Below are positions 27,024 to 36,236 of a stretch of 64,000 nt of DNA, piece by piece. Origin of the DNA: a virus (Duplodnaviria; Caudoviricetes); IMG/VR virus record IMGVR_UViG_3300030330_003867, positions 732 to 64,731 of that record, one strand, 5' to 3'. The position numbers were made by a program, and so were the translations under genes. How positions within the stretch are numbered: the first letter of the stretch is position 1; the number at the start of each line of letters is the position of its first letter. The notes beneath the pieces were generated by a model. The model saw only the letters and a program-made list of their open reading frames with translations. It had not been told where the DNA came from and did not search any database.

Positions 27024-27269
27024 ATGATAGAAGAAAAAGAAATGAACGAGAACGAACACGCATTAGAGCGATTTTCAATGATGCTCAATGTGATAGATGC
27101 CGGAGATTGTGTCGAAGATTTTAGCGACCCTAAAATCATAGCAAATATACACACATTAACTAATTTGCTAAGACACTACATACGCGACCAATTGGATGCG
27201 ATAGCAGGGGGAACATTAGGTCAGCCGTTGATGAAGAACGATGAAGGCGAATGGGTAGTGGTAAAGTGA
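27024..27269 (+). CDS. Hypothetical protein
   Basis: ACAAGGAG ribosome-binding cassette. Confidence 0.55.
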   Translation: MIEEKEMNENEHALERFSMMLNVIDAGDCVEDFSDPKIIANIHTLTNLLRHYIRDQLDAIAGGTLGQPLMKNDEGEWVVVK

Positions 27270-27335
27270 GCCGTTGTCCGGTTGAACACGCAATCAGAAA
27301 GAAATGGGAAGAAGACATGAAGGAGATGGAAAAAA

Positions 27336-27704
27336 ATGACGATAACTAATTTTGTAAGAGAAACAGGCTTTTGGGTTTATGAAAATAAGACAGATGAAGA
27401 AACGATGGAGAGTCTATACCAATTTCTATTCAATACGAAATGGGGTTTGGTGGAAAACATATACTTCGACCAAATATCTACCTTTGAGTCCTTTGAAGAT
27501 TTCATAAAAAATAATGCCCTCTTTTCTTTTAGATTGAAGGTGTGGGGCTTGCAGGACCACATCACGATTAGAGTTCAAACAGAACCGCAATCAACGTATC
27601 AACAGGCCTTTATGCACAATATCGCTCTCGCATGGTGGAAAGCGAATATTAATTCATACATCAACCCATACCACTTAGATTTCAGCAAAGGTGAGGAAGA
27701 ATGA
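27336..27704 (+). CDS. Hypothetical protein
   Basis: AAGGAG ribosome-binding site. Confidence 0.55.
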   Translation: MTITNFVRETGFWVYENKTDEETMESLYQFLFNTKWGLVENIYFDQISTFESFEDFIKNNALFSFRLKVWGLQDHITIRVQTEPQSTYQQAFMHNIALAWWKANINSYINPYHLDFSKGEEE

Positions 27705-28101
27705 TGATTACACCGGACACAATTTATTTATTAGACCATGAAGGAGAGGATGAATAGTGCCGACCCGAAGACAGAAGGCCGCTCGCCGTTGGCTATACAG
27801 GCAGAAATTCAAGGCACGAATAGCACATGAGATGATGGGGGAAGAAGAATAATGACTAAAAATTTTGAACCTAATTGCGAAGTCTATTTCAAAAAGAATT
27901 ACAAAGAATTAGCACGATTAGTTAGGGGCGAACACCCAAAAAAAGTTACGGTTAAAATAGTCTTGGAAGACGGAACAGAATACACAGGCAAGGTGGAACG
28001 ATGAGCGACAAGGTGGAAATACTCGGCGGGGATGGAAAAGATTTACTCGTTAAAATAACATTTGATGACGGAGATATTTACGAAGGTTGGGTGGATAAAC
28101 A

Positions 28102-28407
28102 ATGAGCATAATTGATAGATTCAAAGAAGGCAAATTAACATTGACCGATGCTATGTATGATGTATTCCTGCCTATCGTCAGCCACGAAAATAAGAATGTT
28201 GTTTTATTCCAGCATTTACACATGACCGAAGAATTGGTATTCCGAGCATTGAATGGATTACCATTGAAGGACTACGAGAGATTCGATAAACTCCGAAAGA
28301 TGAACACAGGATGGATTCTCGCCAACGGCGGGCAGGTCCTAATCGTCAAGAGCGGAGAAGATACACAATTCATTTCCACCTTTAAATCAACAGGTGGATT
28401 AGTCTAA
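28102..28407 (+). CDS. Hypothetical protein
   Basis: Start overlaps the upstream microgene stop. Confidence 0.55.
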   Translation: MSIIDRFKEGKLTLTDAMYDVFLPIVSHENKNVVLFQHLHMTEELVFRALNGLPLKDYERFDKLRKMNTGWILANGGQVLIVKSGEDTQFISTFKSTGGLV

Positions 28408-28495
28408 CCCTTTGGGGTGAAGTCGCTATAAAAAACGAAGGGTAAATTTCTTCTTTCTTCTTGTGTTATTGCCTCAACACAAGCGGCCCACCCAA

Positions 28496-28523
28496 AACTC
28501 ACGATGAAAAAGGCTATATACTA
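28496..28523 (+). promoter_or_regulatory. Early promoter: AACTCACGAT-N8-CTATATAC
   Basis: TATA lies 28 nt before the ATG at 28542. Confidence 0.8.
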
Positions 28524-28541
28524 TTGATGCGAGGATTATTT

Positions 28542-28811
28542 ATGGGAAGACAAAAGATACTACTAAGACGCGAGGTAGGCGAAGTGTTGGCGGAAGCCAA
28601 CGAGCCACTATTCGCAGGACAGATTGCAGACCGCATAGGCTTTAGACCAAGCAAGAAACAGGTAAATTATAGTGTTAATATAATTGCTGGAATATTACGA
28701 GGCGCACATGGCGTTGTTACCTGCTATCCATCCGGTGCGAGGATTGGTGCGGCACGACAATATGTAATGACTAATAAAAAAGCATTCGATGAGTGGGTGA
28801 ATAAGAAATGA
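28542..28811 (+). CDS. Winged-HTH protein (DUF3860-like)
   Basis: VLAEANEPLFAGQIADRI...SVNIIAGILR pattern; start corrected to MGRQK by promoter spacing. Confidence 0.6.
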   Translation: MGRQKILLRREVGEVLAEANEPLFAGQIADRIGFRPSKKQVNYSVNIIAGILRGAHGVVTCYPSGARIGAARQYVMTNKKAFDEWVNKK

Positions 28812-28936
28812 GTAAAAACCAGCCACATTGTATTCCATGTATGAAAAAACACGGTAAAAGATACAAAATTAAGGGTTGCACTTGTGATGAGGCCGCCCCT
28901 ATGTTTAATTTGAGATTTTGAAGGAGATGAAGAAAA

Positions 28937-29509
28937 ATGAACATATTTGTTTTAGACGAAGACCCGATAGCGGCGGCTAAGATGTATTGCGATAAACACA
29001 TACCTAAGATGTGTGTTGAGTTGCTTCAACAGTTAGGGAGTGCCGCCATACGACACGGTGCTACGCCCGACATCATGCCCCTCACTAAGAAGGGAACTCC
29101 GCTCAAGGGCGGCTATCACAATCACCCTTGCACCCGTTGGTGTGGCGACTCAAGAGATAACTACCTATGGGCGGCACATCACGGCGCGGCTCTATGCGAA
29201 GAATACACAAAGCGGTTCGGCAAAGAACATTTCTGTTCTCGCGGCATCGAGATTCTGTATGGCCTATCACATCTCATACCCGAAGGCGACCTAACGCCGT
29301 TTGCTATCGCTATGCCCGATGAGTATAGGCCGCTAACATGGACTTCAAGGACTACACAAAGACTTGCGAGTCATGCAAGCGGTGATAATGCGGTTCAAGC
29401 ATACCGCCGCTACTACCACGCTAAGGCATTCGCTAAGTGGGAGAAGGGGCGACCTATGCCTAATTGGTTCGATGTGATAAAACAGGCGGCGATTGCGAAT
29501 GATTCGTGA
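28937..29509 (+). CDS. Pyrimidine-dimer DNA glycosylase-like protein (DenV/Pyr_excise family)
   Basis: MNIFVLDEDP...A...CDKH..KM..E..Q.L, Y.NHPCT.W, TPF..AMP and AYR.YY..K motifs. Confidence 0.75.
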   Translation: MNIFVLDEDPIAAAKMYCDKHIPKMCVELLQQLGSAAIRHGATPDIMPLTKKGTPLKGGYHNHPCTRWCGDSRDNYLWAAHHGAALCEEYTKRFGKEHFCSRGIEILYGLSHLIPEGDLTPFAIAMPDEYRPLTWTSRTTQRLASHASGDNAVQAYRRYYHAKAFAKWEKGRPMPNWFDVIKQAAIANDS

Positions 29510-29590
29510 ATCGTTTGAAGAATTGTTTGAGGATGAAAAAGAAACAGTCGTTGATTATTTACAGACAATCTCTTTAATTATACTCGCAAT

Positions 29591-30139
29591 ATGTTCTATT
29601 GTTGTAGGAACGATGCTATGATGCACCACAAGTCATTTTTTTACACCCTAAAAAATATCTGTGAAGAAATAAATCAGTCGCTTTTGAGCGTTGATAATCG
29701 CTTAGAAGTCGAATACGATTCGCAAGCATCAAAAGAAACAGCCATTAAAATTCTTGTGCATGATTATCCTTTGACCCATCAGATACAATTTACAATTACT
29801 AAGAAGCAAATGCTTGTGCGTGGTCGCCGCTTCATGGCGATATGGTCTGACGACAAGCAAATGCGAATGCCCCTTCAACCCTTGAAGGCACAGGCATACA
29901 AACCACCACACCTGCTGACTAAAGAGCAGGTAAAAGGAATAATCACTAATTATTTCTTAGCCCTAATCGAAGAATGGTATATCAAGACAGAAAATCAACC
30001 GTTAGTATTTCGTATGAATCGGGATTGGGCTATCAAGTCAAGAGATGCAAAACGCACATCTCAAGAGCAAAATCAATTTGAATATGATTTATTTCAGCAC
30101 TTTGCAGAACCGCGAGAAAAAATAAATGCCTCGCAGTAA
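29591..30139 (+). CDS. Hypothetical protein
   Basis: 182-aa ORF; likely start at 29620. Confidence 0.5.
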   Translation: MFYCCRNDAMMHHKSFFYTLKNICEEINQSLLSVDNRLEVEYDSQASKETAIKILVHDYPLTHQIQFTITKKQMLVRGRRFMAIWSDDKQMRMPLQPLKAQAYKPPHLLTKEQVKGIITNYFLALIEEWYIKTENQPLVFRMNRDWAIKSRDAKRTSQEQNQFEYDLFQHFAEPREKINASQ

Positions 30140-30315
30140 TGCGGTTTCGTTAATTCTTTTTTTACTTCAAAGGTAGTTAGGAATACCTACCTATCTTTAC
30201 ATCTCTTTGAAGGAATAAAATAAATACACAACAGGCTCGCAGTAGCACGATTATTTCTTTTTCTATTTTTTCAACACATTGAAACAATTAAGAAGGGGAG
30301 AATGCACGATAAAAT

Positions 30316-30681
30316 ATGACGAGAAGGCGAACAATGAACGAGGCGTATAGATTCCTCAAAAGAAACGGTGGAGAAGCAACGACACCGGAAGTGCATGAAT
30401 GGTTAAGAAAAACTGCGACATTCCATTTACCCGACCTAAACACATTGGGTTCGTTGTTATCGAGATGTCCTCTATTTGAGAAGGTCGAGAGAATCCCTAT
30501 CAAGATAGAAGGCGGTAGCCGTTCCACGACTACCATTTGGCGAGCGAGGTCGCTACGAGAGATTGTTGATAGAGCCATGATAACAAATTCAAGCGGTAAA
30601 AATTTACCAGACTTTTTCCGACAGGCCATTGAAGAAGAAAGGGGGAGATTAAATGCAGAAAATAGTATGGTTGAAGAATGA
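30316..30681 (+). CDS. Winged-HTH protein (DUF3860-like)
   Basis: FLKRNGGEATTPEVHEWL...PDLNTLGSLLSR..LFEKV. Confidence 0.65.
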   Translation: MTRRRTMNEAYRFLKRNGGEATTPEVHEWLRKTATFHLPDLNTLGSLLSRCPLFEKVERIPIKIEGGSRSTTTIWRARSLREIVDRAMITNSSGKNLPDFFRQAIEEERGRLNAENSMVEE

Positions 30682-31396
30682 TGTATTGTCTGAATCCACG
30701 CATCTAATTATTGTGCAGGAGAACGAGCATCCGAGTCATTCGGCATTCATGGCAGGTATGGCTATCTTGAAAAAAACAGGCATAGAAAATCCTATTGCCG
30801 AAATCTATTCATCGGATTTAGAAATAGATGACGACAATATTTTTCCCGACCCCATCCCTGTTTGTTGGTTGATGTATGAAACATACAACGAATTAGATGA
30901 GCGTTGTTGGGTTCTAAGGATGACCGGACAACCACAGAAGCCTAATGTTCTATTCAAGGTGATGGATTGGTTGTTGCCGGAATTAGAAGATAAAGGACTT
31001 GAGATTATCACTTGTCTATCGTATGCGTGTGAAACAGAAAAATTAGGCATGGGGGATTTGTATGTTTATGATTGGGCTATCGAAGCCCGTAAAGGCGTGA
31101 TAATGACTACCAACAAAGGACTAATCACAGACACGATACCTGTTGATGGTTTCTCATGGTCTATCCCTATGGCGGCAAAGGCGATACTGCCGGACATAGA
31201 GGGATTATTCACAATAAATATCAAAGCCGACACTTTAATAGACCGCAAGGCGGCGAATACACTTTGCCGCTTCTTGTCTGATACTCACGACTTGACGCAT
31301 GAGCAATTGATAATAGATGAATTGTATGATATATTAAACAATCAGTATAAAATTGATGAGCCATTTTTAGGGGGAATGTTCGATGAAGATATTTGA
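30653..31396 (+). CDS. PAC2/proteasome-assembly-chaperone-like protein
   Basis: Order of motifs matches the PAC2 family: IAEIYS, MYE, VL.M.GQPQ, D.LL.EL...G..IIT and IDRKAA..L..FL. Confidence 0.55.
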   Translation: MQKIVWLKNDVLSESTHLIIVQENEHPSHSAFMAGMAILKKTGIENPIAEIYSSDLEIDDDNIFPDPIPVCWLMYETYNELDERCWVLRMTGQPQKPNVLFKVMDWLLPELEDKGLEIITCLSYACETEKLGMGDLYVYDWAIEARKGVIMTTNKGLITDTIPVDGFSWSIPMAAKAILPDIEGLFTINIKADTLIDRKAANTLCRFLSDTHDLTHEQLIIDELYDILNNQYKIDEPFLGGMFDEDI

Positions 31397-32720
31397 TACG
31401 CTACACAAATTCGTTCAAGACAACCATTATGTTGATGTTGAAGATAAGTTAGACATATTCATCTGTTCTATTGGCGCACACATTTTCAATGCGCTTAACA
31501 AGTGTAGCCGATGCGACTTCGACCCCGATAGCCCGTTGATAAATTATGAAGAAGGGGATTACGCAATCGAGGCTTGTCCTTTGCGTCATCCGAATATGCC
31601 CTTTTACACACCTATGGCTCAATTGCCGGACACGCGCATACACATACTAATTAGAGGCAACAAGGGTTCGGGTAAATCCGTTCTAATCAATCTGTTCTTA
31701 GCAGAAAGAACAGGGCTTCTTTATTATCAAAATGCAGACTTCGGAGAGGGATTTAGAACCATGCTTGCGCCTAACTCTATCACAGAAGCAGGTATGTTTG
31801 GTTCTGTTGATGAAGAAGGAGAAATTGTGGGTCGGCCTTTGGCGAGGGAGATGTGCGGCGGATTTTTAGGCTTTGAAGAATTTTCATCAATGTCTGACGC
31901 GGCTAAGAAGGACCATAGCCTCGACATGAAGAATCAATTGCTCACTTCTCTTGATAACGGCAGGGTGCAGAAGGCCATGCGTAGCGGTTGGGTTCGATAC
32001 ACTACACGCTACACAGTATGGGCTGGAACACAACCAGCACGATTTGAATTAGATTCGGGGCTTGACCGAAGATTCTTCATCATAGACATACAGATGACTC
32101 CCGAAAAAGAAAGGTTATTCAAACAGGCTCAACACCGACAGGCGAACACTTCGCCGGAGATGCGATTAGACATAGCCAATAGAACCATAGCGATTCGCAC
32201 ATGGTTTAGGCAACGCATGGAACAGGCGGTAGCAAAACCACCAACGGGTATTATTTTTGATGACGACTTAGCGGAATGGATTGACCGACCCGATGTTCGT
32301 TCTTTTGAGGCAGACCTATTCCGAAGGCTCGCTATTGGCTACGCTATGATGCAGGAAAATTACGAAGGCGGCGGCCCATTGATTGTTAAACTTGATGAAA
32401 AATTAAGGGCTATTCTTAATCAATCGTTGGATATGAGGCGTAGGGTTATGGATGCAGACCTTGAATTAATACGCTCGACCTTTTGGATGAAAGACCTACC
32501 AAAGTCGCAGTTAGTCAAGGAGATTAGCAGAATGATTACAAATGGCGACTATCAAATGGCTAAGGTGTGGATAGAGGAAAACCTTGAGGGTCGAGCATGG
32601 TATTCAGAATACACCCCAACAAAAACAGGTCGGGGTAGGAAAGGTGTTACTTGCAGATTCGGTAATCCTGCTGAACCTGTTAAGACGCAAAAGTGGGGTG
32701 AAAATAATGAGCAAAACTAA
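31383..32720 (+). CDS. mcm: MCM-like AAA+ replicative helicase (short form)
   Basis: Walker A IRGNKGSGKS, Walker B LGFEEFSSM, LLTSLDNGRV, WAGTQP, arginine finger LDRRF, sensor-2-like FRRLAIGYA. Confidence 0.8.
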   Translation: MKIFDTLHKFVQDNHYVDVEDKLDIFICSIGAHIFNALNKCSRCDFDPDSPLINYEEGDYAIEACPLRHPNMPFYTPMAQLPDTRIHILIRGNKGSGKSVLINLFLAERTGLLYYQNADFGEGFRTMLAPNSITEAGMFGSVDEEGEIVGRPLAREMCGGFLGFEEFSSMSDAAKKDHSLDMKNQLLTSLDNGRVQKAMRSGWVRYTTRYTVWAGTQPARFELDSGLDRRFFIIDIQMTPEKERLFKQAQHRQANTSPEMRLDIANRTIAIRTWFRQRMEQAVAKPPTGIIFDDDLAEWIDRPDVRSFEADLFRRLAIGYAMMQENYEGGGPLIVKLDEKLRAILNQSLDMRRRVMDADLELIRSTFWMKDLPKSQLVKEISRMITNGDYQMAKVWIEENLEGRAWYSEYTPTKTGRGRKGVTCRFGNPAEPVKTQKWGENNEQN

Positions 32721-33036
32721 GAGGGCGAAATGGAGTAGGAGTAAAGCCCTTGAGTGTGCGGCTCGATACCTTGTGCAAGAGGGAATACCATTGACCGCCG
32801 CTACTGTGTATGATAACATGAGATACAAAAACGATTTACGGTCGGGTGAAATTGGAAATTTATACAGGGTAAATAGAAGCGCACAAAGTTATATGCAGGT
32901 TTGTATGAGAATGTTGCGGTGTCCTGCTTTCAAGAAACAAAGGACAAGTCCGAGAGAGCCGTATGTATTCTCCTGCGACAAGAAAACCTATGATAAGTGG
33001 TGGCCCGAAGACCCACTAAAGGGGATGAGTAAATGA
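32707..33036 (+). CDS. Basic wHTH-like protein
   Basis: YLVQEGIPLTAATVYDNM; start corrected to MSKTK after GGGGTGA. Confidence 0.5.
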   Translation: MSKTKRAKWSRSKALECAARYLVQEGIPLTAATVYDNMRYKNDLRSGEIGNLYRVNRSAQSYMQVCMRMLRCPAFKKQRTSPREPYVFSCDKKTYDKWWPEDPLKGMSK

Positions 33037-33659
33037 GAACAAGACGAGAGATAGAAGACCGGATGGTGCGTGAGGATGACCCATTTACCGTTGAGGTTCT
33101 AAGGTGGGTTCTCGATGGTGGTTGTCCGATGTGCAAACACAATGACCGAAAGGAATACGAGATACAGATTCACACAGAAGAAATAGGCCCTCATTTTTTA
33201 GAAGTGAAGCATGGATGGGCCGAAGGAACAATCATGGAACACATGGAGAATCATATTGATTACGACCCGTCTGAGGCCGAACACATAGAGGATGCACGAA
33301 GACAATCTATCAACACATTAGATGCCGCAGAAGACATTGTATTCCGTATTCGTGGCTATCTTGATGAGTTGGAAGAAGAAAAGGAAGCAAGCGGTGATGG
33401 TATCACATCAGAATTTGTAGCCGATGCCGCCCGTCTGATTGCACAGGCCAATTCAAGTCTAAAATTGGTGGGTCAATTGAAGAAAGAAATAGGCGTTGAT
33501 TCTCAATTGCTTCTCGCGGAAGCACGACTCAATCAGATGAATAGAATACTCGTTGATACTTTGATTGAACAACCCGAATTATTAGACCGTATAGAAAATA
33601 AAATGCGGTTGTTGAATGAACCAAATATAATAGACGCTAAATTTAAGGTGGTTGAATGA
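33033..33659 (+). CDS. Zn/HTH plus coiled-coil protein; terminase small subunit candidate
   Basis: CPMCKH...H...H followed by long helices and a C-terminal IIDAKFKVVE. Confidence 0.45.
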   Translation: MRTRREIEDRMVREDDPFTVEVLRWVLDGGCPMCKHNDRKEYEIQIHTEEIGPHFLEVKHGWAEGTIMEHMENHIDYDPSEAEHIEDARRQSINTLDAAEDIVFRIRGYLDELEEEKEASGDGITSEFVADAARLIAQANSSLKLVGQLKKEIGVDSQLLLAEARLNQMNRILVDTLIEQPELLDRIENKMRLLNEPNIIDAKFKVVE

Positions 33660-33913
33660 AGACATGGCGTAGTGGTTCTCGCAGAAGCCTATGGGCGAGG
33701 CCGATTTACGAACACGAATGGCCTAAGTTAATCCAAGCCATGAAGGATGATGGCCTTCTCGCCGTCATACAATCCGATGGCGTTAGGTGGTATGTGGGCG
33801 GCTACAAACTAACCGATGTTTCCGTGTGTGAAGCATGGAACATTAACCGAAAACAGATGGATAGGCTCAAGGATTACATCTTAGTCAATGACCCGTTTAT
33901 GAGGGATGAATAA
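33656..33913 (+). CDS. Hypothetical protein
   Basis: Translationally coupled at both ends. Confidence 0.6.
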   Translation: MKTWRSGSRRSLWARPIYEHEWPKLIQAMKDDGLLAVIQSDGVRWYVGGYKLTDVSVCEAWNINRKQMDRLKDYILVNDPFMRDE

Positions 33914-34572
33914 TGATTATATTTTCTTCCGACCCCGAACCATTCAGAACGGAAAACTGTATTGAGATGTATGGGGAGATAGACACACTACCAACGACAC
34001 CAAATATAACCTTTATTTTACACGCAGATAATTTCACCGAGAAGAAGGCAAACGAATGGTTGCCGATTATCTCACACCGATTAGTGATAATCACAGACAA
34101 ATACCCGAAGTTATCTAAGAATCACGATGAGAGAATCGCAATCCATCCGAGTCTAAAGAAAAATAACGATAATTATTCTCGCAGAATAGAATGGTTATTC
34201 GGTTGGACTGATAGAAGACGGGTGCTACATCAGATTGCTGATGTTCCTATACCCCTTATTTTTTCTTTCCTAAAGGAGAACAACAAGGATATTCGGTTGC
34301 ATCGTCTTGTTGCCGCTACTAATTTAGTCCTCGATGATAAAAAGACAAGGGCTATTCTTTCTTATGGGGTTGAACCGACTAATGGTAAAATGAATTGGCC
34401 TAAGAGAAAAAAGAAGGTTGATAAAACACCAAAGCCGTTTAGGTCGGATGATTTGTATTGGGATTTGATTATCCAAAATCAACCAGCCGTAGCCAATCAA
34501 GTTAGAGCCGTTAATAAAGACATACCAACCGTGATTAAAAAGCGGAAGGAGAGGGTGCATAGGTGGGTATGA
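33913..34572 (+). CDS. Possible degenerate clamp-loader large subunit (RFC-L-like)
   Basis: FILHADNF and LVIITDKYP resemble a decayed Walker B and sensor 1; LKENN...ILSYGV...NWP resembles the RFC-L collar. Confidence 0.35.
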   Translation: MIIFSSDPEPFRTENCIEMYGEIDTLPTTPNITFILHADNFTEKKANEWLPIISHRLVIITDKYPKLSKNHDERIAIHPSLKKNNDNYSRRIEWLFGWTDRRRVLHQIADVPIPLIFSFLKENNKDIRLHRLVAATNLVLDDKKTRAILSYGVEPTNGKMNWPKRKKKVDKTPKPFRSDDLYWDLIIQNQPAVANQVRAVNKDIPTVIKKRKERVHRWV

Positions 34573-34748
34573 GTCTAACAACCTGTTTTATTTTACTTCT
34601 AATTCCGTTATTAGGACCGATTCTTCAATTATTTATAGTGCTTATTTTTGGTGCGCCTAAATACATTGTAAATCTTAAATCTCCCTCTAATGTGGATTCA
34701 GATGCTACACTTGAGGGCATGATGTGGTTTGATTTGGGAACTGATTAA
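34563..34748 (+). CDS. Small membrane protein
   Basis: N-terminal hydrophobic stretch of about 25 aa. Confidence 0.5.
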   Translation: MGMSLTTCFILLLIPLLGPILQLFIVLIFGAPKYIVNLKSPSNVDSDATLEGMMWFDLGTD

Positions 34749-34774
34749 ATACCCATCATTGATTCTTAAATGTT

Positions 34775-35182
34775 ATGAGCGCGAACAATCGGCGCATACG
34801 CCGAATTGTTGTTGATTTGTTGTGGGAACATGGCGAAAGCACAAAAGAGCGCATGGCTAAACTTTTGGCTAAACATAAATCGGTTAGGAACATTCCATCT
34901 CCCCATTCTCTCTCGTCTATCTTGAGAAAAAATACACAGGTTATTGTTGTTGGAACGGAGAAGGTCGAGAATGCCGTAGGTGTGTCGGCTAAACATCTCG
35001 TCTATGATATTGACCGATACCTTGTGCGTGAGAAAGAGGATTTAATCTATACAAGAAGTCCGACTGTAATGACTCCTAAGCAACGAGCGGCGGCTCAGAA
35101 GTGTTCATGTGGTAAATTGCGTGTATTTCCGCCGTATTCCCCCGATATGTGCCTACATTGTTATCGTGAACCGGAAATGTAA
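34775..35182 (+). CDS. DUF3860-like wHTH with C-terminal Zn ribbon
   Basis: LLWEHGEST...PSPHSLSSILRKNTQVIVVG; CSC...CLHC. Confidence 0.65.
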   Translation: MSANNRRIRRIVVDLLWEHGESTKERMAKLLAKHKSVRNIPSPHSLSSILRKNTQVIVVGTEKVENAVGVSAKHLVYDIDRYLVREKEDLIYTRSPTVMTPKQRAAAQKCSCGKLRVFPPYSPDMCLHCYREPEM

Positions 35183-35210
35183 AACTCACGATAAAAAAAC
35201 TTATATACTA
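35183..35210 (+). promoter_or_regulatory. Early promoter: AACTCACGAT-N8-TTATATAC
   Basis: TATA lies 28 nt before the ATG at 35229. Confidence 0.8.
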
Positions 35211-35228
35211 TGGGTATGATGTAAATAT

Positions 35229-35459
35229 ATGAGAGCGAAGACGATACCCCATGTTGAGTATGAAATATTTAACCACCTTTTAGATACGGTGGATATTGAA
35301 CCACTACGCCATCGTTTATGTCCTGTTGGAGATAAGGTGGCTAAGGAACGATTTGAGAAAGGTTTTGAGTCGGCGGCTAACTTGATTAACAACCTATGTG
35401 AGCGAAGACTACACCGATTGCCGGAACAACACCCCGATTACAAGGAGAAGGTTGAATGA
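35229..35459 (+). CDS. Hypothetical protein
   Basis: Leaderless start at the expected promoter distance. Confidence 0.6.
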   Translation: MRAKTIPHVEYEIFNHLLDTVDIEPLRHRLCPVGDKVAKERFEKGFESAANLINNLCERRLHRLPEQHPDYKEKVE

Positions 35460-35680
35460 GGCAACACATCATAGACGGTAAGACAATGAAGCGAATATGC
35501 GGAGATAATACACAGTATGGTTATGTGTCTGATGAAGTATATCAGACATGGGAGAAATGCCCTGTATGTTTTTCCGAAGGAAGGATAGTATCACCCGCAA
35601 GGCGTGTTAAACCACATACTGATATACCGGAGAACGAACCACAGGTCAAGCGAGCATTATATTTGAGGTCGGCACTATGA
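35456..35680 (+). CDS. Small Cys-containing protein
   Basis: CPVC motif; coupled start and stop. Confidence 0.55.
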   Translation: MRQHIIDGKTMKRICGDNTQYGYVSDEVYQTWEKCPVCFSEGRIVSPARRVKPHTDIPENEPQVKRALYLRSAL

Positions 35681-35961
35681 GAAGCGAAGATGTATGGTAT
35701 GGTTCAGACCCCTGCATTGACTACGACTCGTTGCCTTCAAGGGTTCACGACCACGACAAATGCCCTGTATGCGACAAGGCCATGCCCGACCAAGATTTAG
35801 CAGAATTTGGTATTGAGGAATGCGATTGTGTCGAATGCGAATCCTGCGGCGATTGGAAGATGTTTGAAGACTTCTGTAATGTAGCCGAAATATGCGACTC
35901 ATGTTATGAAAAAGATATAGAACGAGTTAGGAATATAGAAAGACAAAGGGGGATTAAATAA
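35677..35961 (+). CDS. Acidic Cys-rich (Zn-finger) protein
   Basis: CPVC, CDCVECESC and CNV..ICDSC motifs. Confidence 0.55.
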   Translation: MRSEDVWYGSDPCIDYDSLPSRVHDHDKCPVCDKAMPDQDLAEFGIEECDCVECESCGDWKMFEDFCNVAEICDSCYEKDIERVRNIERQRGIK

Positions 35962-35962
35962 A

Positions 35963-36166
35963 ATGGGAAGTAATTGGAATAGCAGACAACCTGCGAGAGA
36001 TAAACACGCATTGAAAAGAATAACGAGAAGATATAATAATTGGAAATCTAAGTATGCCGATTCAGACGGCAAATGGAGTGAGGCGAGAGTCAAGAAGTGG
36101 TTTGAATCGTTGCCTCGCACTATCGCCGCCCGCGAGAAGGCATTTGTAAAGGAGATGAAAGAATGA
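35963..36166 (+). CDS. Small basic protein
   Basis: Operon context. Confidence 0.5.
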   Translation: MGSNWNSRQPARDKHALKRITRRYNNWKSKYADSDGKWSEARVKKWFESLPRTIAAREKAFVKEMKE

Positions 36167-36236
36167 TTCCGATTTGTACTAAGTGCAACCAATCAATCGG
36201 CTATTGTTCTACGTATTCTTGTAAGAAGGTGGAGAG

